From positions 1 to 64,000 of the forward strand of contig NKIB01005371.1 of the NCBI GenBank assembly GCA_002256025.1: a DNA stretch of 64,000 bases. Direction: 5' to 3'. This document shows, piece after piece, positions 37,937-49,095 of this stretch. The notes beneath the pieces were generated by a model, which was given only the letters and a program-made list of their open reading frames with translations, had not been told where the DNA came from and did no database searches. Made by a program: the position numbers and the translations under genes. Source of the DNA: Asterionella formosa. Taxonomy: Eukaryota. Within the stretch, counting starts at the first letter, position 1. Every line of letters begins with the position of its first letter.

Positions 37937-38463
37937 AAAGTATTTTTCTAACGTTTCACCAAATTTGTGGTATGTTGCAATCGCTTGATGTGGCGAAAGA
38001 ACAACAACTAATCAGCCAAAATTCCCTACTTTTTTACTGTATTTTGCTCTCCTCTATCTCGCGCTACAGTTTTAACATCTCACCCCTTTTGTAATACGCG
38101 GAGGATTTTTTTGCAATTGCTAATATCACCGAAAAAACCGCAGTTTGCTTCACAACTAACTCACGTCGCTATCGACATTCTCATGGTCATACTTTTGTTG
38201 TTTCTTATGTTACGTGCCTGACCTTGTTGCCCAAATCTTTCTTCTCTTTCCTCTCATTTCAACTCTTTTTGATTGATTGGACAACCTTCAAGAATGTTGC
38301 TGCGTAGGTATTTGTGTCAAATTGTTATTGTAGGAACAAGGAAGGTCAGTCTAGCGGACCACAAGTATAGATGGTATTCTCTTCTATTGTGTTTTTGTAT
38401 CCAATGATTGCGTTCAGTCAATATCTAATATGTAGTAGCAAGAGCGAAACACACATCTATCTT

Positions 38464-39759
38464 TCAAGGCAACTTGACATCCGAAACCACAATATTTTCC
38501 CCGGCTGCGTCAAGATCACTCCAGTCTTTCCTTTCCTCCTTGCCATCACTAAAAGCAGTTTCTCTATGGTTCTGTAGTGTCTCGCCACCGTACATGACAT
38601 CTTGATAAATGGCGTCACACAAAATACTCAATTGCAGTGACCCTTGGAAGGGATCTTCAATTGTAAATCCAATTTGGTACACTCCTAGTAGCAACCAAGA
38701 AATTGCTCCCATAACAGGTCCCGTCAGGAGTCCCATATCGGCAACAATCGCAAAGGGCAAAGTAAACAACCAAAGGGTCAAGGAACGCAACGAGTGTCTG
38801 GCATAGTTCAATGGGACTGCGGTTTGATGAATCCGCTCGCACTCTCCAATCGCAGCCGACAATTTTTCCACTTGCCCAATGAATGTCAAGCGCTCCCGAG
38901 ACGTAAAGTTGTCTGTATACTGGACATTTGAAAATTCATGAGATAGTCGATCGCAGGCCCAAAGGGGTCGATTGTAAGATTCAGCACAGGTTTGTAGTAC
39001 CTTGGGAGGGAACAGGCACCAAGGGAGCGATCGTCGGTCCACCCAACACTCACGCTGATCTGTGCCCCCGCGACCATTCATCCCTGGTTCTTGCAACGAA
39101 ATTGCAAAAGATGTTTTTCGTAATTCATCCGACTGGTCTTGTGACAAACATTGGGGTTGAATGTGATATCGTAAGAGGTAGGGAAAAGCGGCCAACAACC
39201 TAAAGACGCGATACTTTCGTTCCTTGCCAAGGTCCTGCTCATAAAGGGCTGCCATGCGGCTCATGTTGCGAGCAGTGGCGAGCACTTTTTCCCAAATCAA
39301 GCGGCCTTCAGCAAAGCGTTGATACGCAGAGTTGGTACGAAATACCAAGAGCAATCCGAGCGCCGAGACAAGCAGTGCATGTGGTTTGCTAGATATGCAC
39401 ATGGCTCGTGCCATAGCGGGAAAGCCTTTACTGATGAAGAGATGATGAACACCAGATACTAGCGTGGACCAAATTGTAATGGCGAGAATCGGATTCTTGA
39501 TTTCCCTAAGAATTGACGAATTTGGCAGGGTCTTGATGTTGTGGTACCAATCTGAGGCCGAATAGCGCTGGTCCTTGTTGTCGTCAAGCGTTTGTGGAAA
39601 TGGAAACGGAATTGGTGGAATACTGGAGTAACGCTGTATTTTTGATACTGAGCGAAGTGATGAAGCAATCTTTGACAACGGGAAAGAAGCACTAAGCGGA
39701 GCCAACAGGGTCACTGCAATTGCAAGAAGAGGTACACGGAAACTCGAGGCTATTCTCAT
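38464..39759 (-). CDS. Bestrophin-family (VCCN1/BST-like) anion channel, plastid-targeted
   Basis: LGLLLVFRTNSAYQRFAEGR, CERIHQTAVPLNYARH, IEDPF. Signal peptide plus SAS-FPL. Confidence 0.92.
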   Translation of the reverse strand: MRIASSFRVPLLAIAVTLLAPLSASFPLSKIASSLRSVSKIQRYSSIPPIPFPFPQTLDDNKDQRYSASDWYHNIKTLPNSSILREIKNPILAITIWSTLVSGVHHLFISKGFPAMARAMCISSKPHALLVSALGLLLVFRTNSAYQRFAEGRLIWEKVLATARNMSRMAALYEQDLGKERKYRVFRLLAAFPYLLRYHIQPQCLSQDQSDELRKTSFAISLQEPGMNGRGGTDQRECWVDRRSLPWCLFPPKVLQTCAESYNRPLWACDRLSHEFSNVQYTDNFTSRERLTFIGQVEKLSAAIGECERIHQTAVPLNYARHSLRSLTLWLFTLPFAIVADMGLLTGPVMGAISWLLLGVYQIGFTIEDPFQGSLQLSILCDAIYQDVMYGGETLQNHRETAFSDGKEERKDWSDLDAAGENIVVSDVKLP

Positions 39760-39912
39760 GATTATTAGACAGTCAATCTGCTTGCCCCTAATGAATTTTT
39801 CTCGCACAATTAAAAAAAAACCGAAATCGGATACTGGTAACTCTGTTCATGCGTTCTGAATTTATAATTGTATTGAGAGTGCGATGTGATTCTCCGCCAG
39901 CGACGACATCAA

Positions 39913-40066
39913 TACCCGGTACCTGGTAGTGCTACAGGATGCATTTGCTTTGGTCGACAATATTTCTACAGTTATAATATTCGTATGAAAATACACGTAC
40001 ATTTATTTTTTGGCAAAGGCAATAATGAAAACAACAGCATGCATACGGATTTGGTACCTGGTACCC
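39913..40066. promoter_or_regulatory. GGTACC motif cluster upstream of bestrophin
   Basis: TACCCGGTACCTGGTA (39913-39928) and GGTACCTGGTACC (40053-40065). Confidence 0.5.
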
Positions 40067-41120
40067 AGTAATCATTTTCTTATTGGTAGTAATCTGGTTT
40101 ATTAATATAACGATACACATGTAATAACATTCTAGTGCTATTTCTATTCGCTAAAAGTTTCAGTGCGAGATTTGACTATTCTAGGATTTGGTCAATGCGG
40201 TGGGAAAAAATATGAAAAATTCGACCATTGATTAAAATTTTCTCAACCAAGTGACGTGTATTGATATTTTCAACTGCAAATTGGCTGTGGTATTTGGTCA
40301 ATGCGGTGGCGATGCTCTAATAGCCCAAATATTCTTCAGGGACTCATGGCTCGACACCCCAAAAAAACTCACACAAAACAGATTCCTCAGCATGATGACT
40401 CAACTCCAATCACCAAGCATCAACTGACTGTTGCTGGAATATTTAATTTACTTCAAATGAAGTAGAAAAAATCTTGAGCAATGCAACTTTAGACTATCAT
40501 TGTTTCTGAAAATGTACAGGTAGCTAGTAGCTATTAGAGTCATCAACAAAGTTTGATGGTCAATGATTGCATGAATCATTCTACATACTAACATGATCAT
40601 AGAATGCGAGTGGGATATAGAAAATAAAAAGTAACATTTATTTGATAATATTCAGGATTGATTTTGATTGATGATCTGAGTCAAAACAATGTGAGAAACA
40701 AGAATCTAGCAGATTGAACTAAACATGAAACTCAGCAAATACAACTCACCTGTGATAATACTTTTTTGCCACATTTTTTAGAATGTTCTACTTATGGTGC
40801 AATAGAACCCTACGGTATACTTTGGTTTTGTCCAAGAAAATTTACCAGGTATGATACCAAGCAGGTGTACCTGGTGAGTACTACAACTCATACAACCTGT
40901 ACTGCTGGGGTACCAGGTACCTGCAAGTTACAGTTATTTTGCTGACATCATGATCTCATTAATATAAAATGTAGTCGCACCTTCGACCCAATATTTAGTG
41001 CAATATGTTGGCAGCGCCTTGTTAAAGCTATGAAATAATCGCACTCATACTACTACCCACTTGAATAGAAACAATTAGTACTGGCTGGCATTATATTTGT
41101 CCATAAGGTACAACAGGACC

Positions 41121-41270
41121 TGTCTCTTCATCAGCCTTGCCCCCCAGAACCCTAGTACTAGTAGGGACTACATAAAAGAAAGAAGACAGTTGGAGAATGC
41201 AGGAATCGAACCCGCCACCTCATGAGGTATGCTAAGCAATTAAGCCCTTCCCCGGAACTGACACAATCCC
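41121..41270 (-). repeat. tRNA-Ala(AGC)-derived repeat, copy 2
   Basis: Minus strand ...GCTTAGCATAC...GAGGTGGCGGGTTCGATTCCTGCATTCTCCA retains the CTTAGCAT anticodon loop, B-box and Ala acceptor-side end, but the 5' half is degenerate. The body is similar to copy 1. Confidence 0.65.
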
Positions 41271-41439
41271 ATGCTTACAAAAGTGTATTTTATTCTATTT
41301 TGTTGTACAGAGATGTCATGCAGCCTATACTAAAAGCTGTGCGCTTAGTTTCGAGGAGCGTGAGAAAAACAAAGTTGACCAAAACCAAACACTTCTTGGC
41401 CAGGGCCAGTATTCTTCCATTGAATAGTACTGCAAAGGC

Positions 41440-43290
41440 ATTGTAGTATTTTATGCCAAATTGTTCTTTTCATTTAGAATGTTATTACCTATAGTGGAAA
41501 TCCAACAAGTTATCTGCCTGTCAATGACCTTGTCTTCAAAAATACCATAAAAGGAGGAAGTCTACAGACAAGACAAGGGAAACCATCACAAGCATGGCGA
41601 CCCATAGAGTCTCACATTTAGCAAGATTTCAATAATTCAATGATCATCCTTTGTTGCTCATTCAAGTAAAATATCCAATCTTTCAATGGTATGATCACCT
41701 GCCTGTCTGTGCGGTGTGCCTGTCAATTCCATGTGGTCAGCTAAATTGCCAATTGCTTCCTCCAAGGGGGCACCAAACCAGGAACTCATTGCAATGATCA
41801 TGTCGCAAGACTATTGCACTATTGCACTCTCCTTGTTGTGGCAGTTCATCTTGAGACAGAATTGTATAGAGTAAATCACATCACCAAAAAATCCAGGGGT
41901 GTTTTCGCTAAGAACCAACAATCCATCAAATGCTAGAAGAAAGGAGGAGGCCTCTACAATTCTGCGCGATGATGTATAGGAAACAAGTTTTGAGTTCAAA
42001 CAAATGAACATTGGTTTAATGGGCACATGCAACAGCCTTCGGAATCACCCATCAACAAATGCAAGACGAAATAGCTGCTCCCGGGATGATGTTGCCTTCC
42101 ATGGACGCTGGAAACGGCGCACAGAACAAGTTGACACTTACATTGATGTTAAGCTAGTACCCTATCCAGGCGCCAAGGTTGCTGCATCACTTTGTATTGA
42201 TGGCACATGAAAGTAGTATGTGCGATCTGAATGAACAAAGCGGTGTGTCTGATGATTGGCTTCTTCAACATGTTGTAGTACCAAACATATGTGTGGAGTT
42301 TCCATGCATTGTGGCACTAACACTGGCACATCCAGTCCTTTGGGAAGTTTTTGAGCCAAATCTACTACAGGATTTCTAACCAGGCAAGCTGCAACAAGCA
42401 ACGAATCCAGATGGCATATGCACTTGTACATAGCTAATCTTCCACCAGGTATAAATCCTGTGGGAACACGGCTGCTTGTTGTGAATGGTGCAGAGGCGGA
42501 ACCCTAAATTGTCGAGATCGGGGATCCAGATGATTTTTGGACACTGCGAGTGAAGAAATGGCTGCAGTGTCAACAGGACAGATTAGAAGAGGAGGCGGAC
42601 AACACCACCAATTACAAGCCGTCAACGCATTTAGTCAGTGGAGCAAGAACAAGAATGAAATCCCCAGGCTGTCGTACTCACAGCAAGCAAAGAGAGACTC
42701 AATGGGATATGAAGGAGATGCAATGCCAGATTGCTATCCTTACAAGCAATTTGATGAGCAAGGGGATAGGCAAGATTCAGACAAGCTTAAATCGACTTTC
42801 TCAAATTCCAGCACAAATGCTCAGGGGCAGTGTTTCTAACGTTGCTTCCAGCATAACAAATGCCTGCTAAAACAACCCAAATTCAAACATCAAAACTTTT
42901 GCTGTAGGAACCAACAACAACCAAGCTGGCGATGAAGACAAACAAACAAACAAACATGGCTGTGGATCCTGTTTATAATAGTAGCCTTTCCAAGAGGACA
43001 CCAAAACACTATTTGCTCCTTGGCAAGCAAGAATGGGAAGTTGGAAAGGGTTGCAGAACGAAAACCAGCACAGATACAAGGGCAGAGAGGGGGAGGACAA
43101 ACCTTCTCATATTATCGATGCAAGGTTGTCTCGGATACTTTGTCAGCTCTTGCTCGAGCTGGTTACACTGCACATGCTGCCATTCACTGAATCTATGAGG
43201 CGTATGGTCCAGAGAAGACTGTTACTCAAATTCTCAACCAAAAGTTGAAAGATCACTGCAATGGTGGGAATCCACAACTACATGTCTTAC
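41440..43290 (+). pseudogene. Degenerate Crypton-like tyrosine-recombinase transposon gene
   Basis: MGTCNSLRNHPSTNARRNSCSRDDVAFHGRWK...VDTYID..PYPGAKVAASLC corresponds to the YR H-x-x-R, GRW and Y motifs. C-terminal LSK.PK..L...W.EWE.G...ERG...YEAYG is a GCR1_C-like segment. Many frameshifts. Confidence 0.75.
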
Positions 43291-43436
43291 TCCTACTAGA
43301 TATATACATTTACTATTAGGAACCTAGATGCTTACATTTCATTTTTATTTCATTTACAATATACATTGTTACTTCATTGTTACTATATGTGCATTACATG
43401 ATAGCATGCATGAACCGGTTTATTGTGGCTATACTT

Positions 43437-43815
43437 TGTTAAATTGTCTAGTTGAAATATCACAGATGTTACGTTAAGATCACTAAAGCTGAAAACGTAT
43501 TTTCACTTTACACTTTGTAATGTTGTGAGCTTTCTGTTAATAGTCTATCTAGTCTTCTTCTTGCCTGATTTCTCATGTAATCCCGAACAAGACTTCTCAC
43601 ACTTTCCTTGATCCCGTCAAAATGATCTTGCTTACTTTGACAATAAGTACGCATATTCATTTGACAATAAGTGAGCATCTGATTCACTTGTCAATAAGTA
43701 AACATCTCCAGTCATTTGTCAAGAATAAATGTCGCATGTTTTGGGTCTTGGTTTCTAATCACTACCGTACTAAGAATATTGATTCTCGACTCGTTTGATT
43801 CCATATAATTTATCA
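43437..43815 (-). repeat. 3' LTR
   Basis: TGATAAA...TTTAACA in element orientation. Contains internal TTGACAATAAGT-type subrepeats. Confidence 0.95.
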
Positions 43816-46800
43816 CCCTCCCTGATCTCGAAACCAAAAATCCGTAGTCCCATTCATAATGTGGGTTGCATGAGTGTCATGAATTTTCTGAGTGACATTC
43901 TTTGAAAGTAGATCTGCAGGATTCTTCAAAGTATTCACATAGTCAACTCTAGTAATATCCCCATCCTTCACCTTTTCTCGAATGAAATGATATCTCACAT
44001 CAATGTGCTTAGTTTGTGAACCAACCTGCTGATTCTTTGTTAGAAAAATTGCACCTCTATTGTCTTCTGCAATGATACTGGGCATTTCCACGTATTCAAC
44101 TTCATTGAGTAGATTTTTTATAAAAGTAGTTTCCTTCGATCCATCTGATAGAGCCACATACTCTGCTTCAGTGCTGATGGAAAAAGTAACAATCTTCTGT
44201 CCTTTCGAAATCCAATTCACTAGCGATGCACCACCAGTCGTACCCAAATATGCACTTGTCGATTTCCTGGTATCTGGATTGTCCCCAAATGAGGTGTCTA
44301 CCGCGTCTTGAACTCGTAATTCATGGGGTGGTCGCATATTTAATTTTCTGTTCCTTTCAGCAGTTGCAATGAAACCTAACAAACATTCAACCGCACTCCA
44401 ATGGGCATCACCTGGATTCTCTAAATGTTGAGAAAGTTCACGACATGCATTCGCGCATATTGGTCCAACTTTCTTCACAAAATACAACAATTTTCCAACC
44501 ATTGAACGACATTCTTTATGGAGAGTCACTTTGTCTGAATTCTTTCTGAGAAAAATTCCTGGAAATGCTGGGGTTGATGCATTCCTTGGATACTTTCCAA
44601 AAATATCATGATAATCTTGGAGCATAACATGCACAAAATCCTCCATGCTCGACTCCAAGTAGCGTCCTACTTTATCTTGGCCCCAATCGTACCACACTCC
44701 CAAATACTTCTTCAAAGGGCCAAGCTCCTTAATTGTGAAGTGTTTCTTGATTTTTTTAACCATTTAATATCATTTGGCTTTCCAGCAATTGCACAATCAT
44801 CCTCGACATGTGTGGCAATTATTAGGATTAGTACTTTGTTTTCCTTGATGAAGAATACAAATGGATCGACCTTGCTTTGCTGCAATCCAACTTTGGTTAA
44901 GTTTTGAACTATCTTCTTGAAGAATTGTAGCGCTGCTTGAACTGTGCCATACATGGCCTTATCCAACTTAATGCATTTGTTTTTCATTGTTTCTTGTGTT
45001 TCGAAACCAAAGTCTAAAACCCCATCTGGCCATTCAATAAAGATTTGCTCTGCCTTCCATGATGTCTCCTTCAAGAAAAGTAGCTTCAACATCAATGATT
45101 TCACAAAACCATCGTTTTTCTTCAGACTTATCCCATTTGTATAACGAGAGAGCGATAATCATACGCATTGAAGCATCTGTTGCAACTGGAGCAAATGAAT
45201 CAGTGAAATCCAGTCCCGGGATCTGAACGTAGCCTTTCACTACAATATGTCCTTTGTATCGAATACTTTTATCCTGCTCGGATTTCTTCTTGAATACCCA
45301 GCGTGTGCCTAACGGTTTTCTGCCCTTGAGATTGTCACAAGGAACCATTTTCCAAACATTTCGCTTGTAGAAATTGTTGATTTCATTTTTAATAGCAACA
45401 GTCCACTGCTGCTTGCTCTCATCTCCTTTCATATCCTCCTTGTAATGCTTTGGCTCCCCAGGATCGGAAGCAAGAGTTGTAGAATACATAGAACCTCTCT
45501 ACTCCTTCTTCACTTTGAAATAGTTCATCATCATCTTGATAGACCGCTTCAGCATAATCTATTTCTTCAATTGATCCTTTGTCCTTGTCATCTAGTTGTA
45601 AGTTGTGCCGTGCACTGCGTTTGCCAGTAACTTCTTTCCAACCATCAAGCCATTTCAATTCTCGCTCCAATTTTGCTTTCTTCGAAGCATCTTTGTTGAT
45701 CTCATCATCTAACTTCCCCACTGCTTCGGATAGCTGAAATCTTGTTTGTTTTACAACTGGAACAGGTGTTTCCAAATCAATATCCTGCTGGATAGGTGGC
45801 ACAACAGGAAGAACATCTTCGTCCTGCTTTTTTATCATCAATTGGAATAACAACCACTTCTGTGTCCCCTTCCACATTGAAATCCCTCAAACCTGCGATT
45901 GGACTTGTTTGGCCATGACAATCAGCCCAGTGAATGTTTCGACTATTTAAAATCTTTCATGTCTGAGGGTTAAACATTTGGTAAGTGTCTCCAGCATGAT
46001 CATGAGAATAGCCAACCATCACACATTTAATGGCCTTTTCTTCGAGTTTATTTGTTTTCTTGGCACCAATTTTTACCCATCCGATCCTGCCAAAATGCAT
46101 TATATGATCGTGAATCATTGGAAAAATTTTGTAGAACTTCTCATCTGCACTTTTAAATCATTAGATGTGGCCACAATGTTAGTGATTCGTGTGTTGGTGT
46201 TGATGGCCTCTGCCCAAAGTAAACCTTGAAATTCATCATTAAATTTTGCAGCAAACATTGCTGCACATGCTCGTTGACGAATGGTTACAAACTTTCGCTC
46301 AACAATTCCATTCTGTTATGGTGTGTAGGGTGCCGTAAACTCAATTTGAATATTGAATTTAACACATAGTAGTTTTGTCAAACCTGAGACGTTTTCACCC
46401 GAATTGTCACAAAGGAGAAACTTGGTAAAATACTCAGCCGTTTTGAGTTTAGTCAACAAATCTTCAATCTTTGAAGCAAGTTGTGACTTCTTCTTAACAA
46501 AGTTTCCGGTGTAGTCGTCAACAACAAGGATCCAATAGTCGTTTCCTAAGATCGACTTTTTATATGGACTGCTGATATCTGTGCACAAACGTTCGCCCAG
46601 TTGAGTAGCCGTGCTCATAGTCGTTTTAGGAACACTTTTTGCTTGAGCCTTAGCTAGCGCACATCCTTAACATGTAAACATCACACCTGTCATTTTGATA
46701 CCAAGTGATTTCATAGTAGCCCGCAATGCTGCTTCCCCAATATGTCCATATTTAGCGTGAGCTTCATTAATGTCCATACCGGTCAATTTCGTTGTGATGA

Positions 46801-48364
46801 CCTCTGCAGATAGTAAGATATCACTCCCACCTGGGTAAATTTCATGAGTTCCTTGAAAAAAATAGTACAAAACATCCAAATGATCACGTTTGAAATCTAA
46901 TGTCTCAATTTTCCCGCTTTTGTCAAAGTTATTTTGTTGTGCTTCATACCAAGTTCGCATTTACCATCACGTACAAAAGTATCAATGCTGATAAATTTTT
47001 TATGAAAGGTAGCTAGGTGTATATACTAGGACATTCTTAAGCAAGAGTGTCTCATTGGTCACTTTGTTCCGCATGCAGACATCTCCGCATTCCTTGCTAA
47101 TGACTTCTTTACCATCGCCTACAACAACGCGTACATTTACTGCTTTCACATTTGTCATATACTTATTGCACATAGTAATATGACTGGTTGCGCCTGTATC
47201 AGCTATCCAACGTTCATTTTCCTCGCTTGATGCGCAAATTTTACCCTCACTGTTTTTGATGCTGCTTGCATGGTGTGCTTGATTGATCTCTTCATCCACA
47301 ATTTCAATCGTCACTCCAATAAATGTATATTCTGTTTCTTCGCATGTGGTGTACACCTTTGATTCTTCAAAATATTCATAGTCAAAAAACTTCTTGTTGT
47401 TTTAAGTCAAGGCAATTATTTCAAAATCATCATCTGTATCAGACTTTTCTTCATGAATTTCGATCGTTTCAACAATACCAACAAACATTCCAGTTTCTTT
47501 CTTTTCCTTTGTTTTCTTTTCTTCAGGACAATCCTTAGCAATGTGACCTGCATACTTGTTGCAATTGAAATATTTGACACCTTTGCCTTTTGTTTCTTTG
47601 TTTCCGCCTGCTGTATTGTTCTTGGATCGACAGTCGGCTGCCTTGTGTCCTTGTTTTCCACAATTCTTGCAAAGTCCCTTGAATTTACCATTTGCAAACA
47701 AAAAAATCTCGTTGGTATTTAGATCCTTGAACTTTCTTTTGTAGAATGCACGAAGTTTAGATTTCAAATCTGATAAAGTAATAGTACCCATTCCTTCAAT
47801 AACAGTAATGACTTCATTGTACTCGTCTTTAGGTAACTTGTTCATCATGTGCGCAATGACTCCAACCTCTTTCTTTTCAAATGATGTATCAATTTGACGC
47901 ATTCTGTTCTTGATGTTATCGAGAGCAATGAACCATTCATCTGGGTCTGCTTTATTGCTCTCCAAAGTACAATCATTGAATTCACCTGTAAGCTGAATCA
48001 AATCAGTAACTTGATGAGGAGCGTATCGATCCTCCAAATACTGCCAGGCAAGAAAAGCATCTCCATCCATCAAATCATCTTTCTAGGCAGAATTCACAAT
48101 CCCAAATGCAATCCCACTGACACTAAGAATCAATAGCTGATGTGCCTTGTCATTCAACTCGTACTTCTTCTTCTTGTCATCATCAGTAGACACCAAATAG
48201 GCATCATCATCAATTGGCTTGGTGTCTTTGGCATAAACATGCCTAAAACCTTTAGATTTCGCAAGCTGAAGAGTCTTGATACTCCACTCATGCCAAGCAG
48301 TTTCGCTTCCATCAAACTTGATCAAGCCAACAGTCTCACCTGATTTCTCATCGGCTGTAACCAT
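43813..48364 (-). pseudogene. Copia gag-pol, fragmented by multiple frameshifts and stops
   Basis: ORF-track fragments 48364-48083, 48073-47402, 47356-47000, 46960-46667, 46618-46316, 45877-45419, 45489-45034, 45104-44712 and 44763-43813 are consecutive gag-pol pieces. Confidence 0.95.
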
Positions 48365-48398
48365 GTCTCTACTAGACCTGTACTTTCGTTTTAAAACG

Positions 48399-48785
48399 TA
48401 TTAAATTGTCTAGTTGAAATATCAGAGATCTTACTTTTATGATCACTAAAGCTGAAAACGTATTTTCACTTTACACTTTGTCAAATTGTGAACTTTCTGT
48501 TAAAAGTCTATCTAGTCTTGTTCTTGCCTGATTACTCATGTAATCTTGAACAAGACTTCTCACACTTTCCTTGATCCCATCAAAATGATCTTGCTTACTT
48601 TGACAATAAGTAAGCATATTCATTTGACAACAAGTGAGCATCACTTATTCATTTGACAATAAGTGAGCATCTGATTCACTTTTCAATAAGGAAACATCAA
48701 TAAATGTCGCATGTTTTGGGTTTTGGTTTCTAATCACTAGTAAGAATATTGATTCTCGACTCGTTGGATTCCATATAATTTATCA
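48399..48785 (-). repeat. 5' LTR
   Basis: Homologous to 43437-43815 with indels and substitutions. Ends ...TTTAATA rather than ...TTTAACA. Confidence 0.95.
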
Positions 48786-49043
48786 ATACTTGACATCTAG
48801 AGCACGCCCAACCCAAATATTATCCATGTATGACTCAAACCACCCTCACTCCAGCGCATGCTTTGTACGCCATGCTAGTAAACTCCTAGTGCAGTAGCTT
48901 ACATTACGGCAATAAATGGTACTTAGTATTGATGGGTATAAAATTAAATGATCTCAAAATACAGGCACAGTACGACTAAGGTACCGGTATACGAGTAATA
49001 AAATATATGATAATCCGGTCTGTTCCTTCGCTATTGCCGCCAA

Positions 49044-49068
49044 CACTCCACTCCACTCCACTCCACTC
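49044..49068 (+). repeat. (CACTC)5 microsatellite in the DPM1 5' region
   Basis: CACTCCACTCCACTCCACTCCACTC. Confidence 0.9.
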
Positions 49069-49095
49069 GCTCCACTTAACTCATCTAACGGTAAG

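Larger units (their letters stand above)
43437..48785 (-). mobile_element. Full-length, decayed Ty1/copia LTR retrotransposon
   Basis: LTRs at 48785-48399 and 43815-43437, flanked by ATACTT on both sides. Order is gag (two CCHC knuckles), protease WIADTGATSH, integrase (HAKYGH, CDNSGEN, APYTP), RT, RNase H (EDNRGAI, TKHIDVRYHFIRE). PPT AGGGAGGG abuts the 3' LTR. Confidence 0.97.

Noticed and set aside
41191..41270. Functional tRNA-Ala gene
   Set aside because: The D-arm and acceptor 5' strand do not pair properly, so it is treated as a tRNA-derived repeat.
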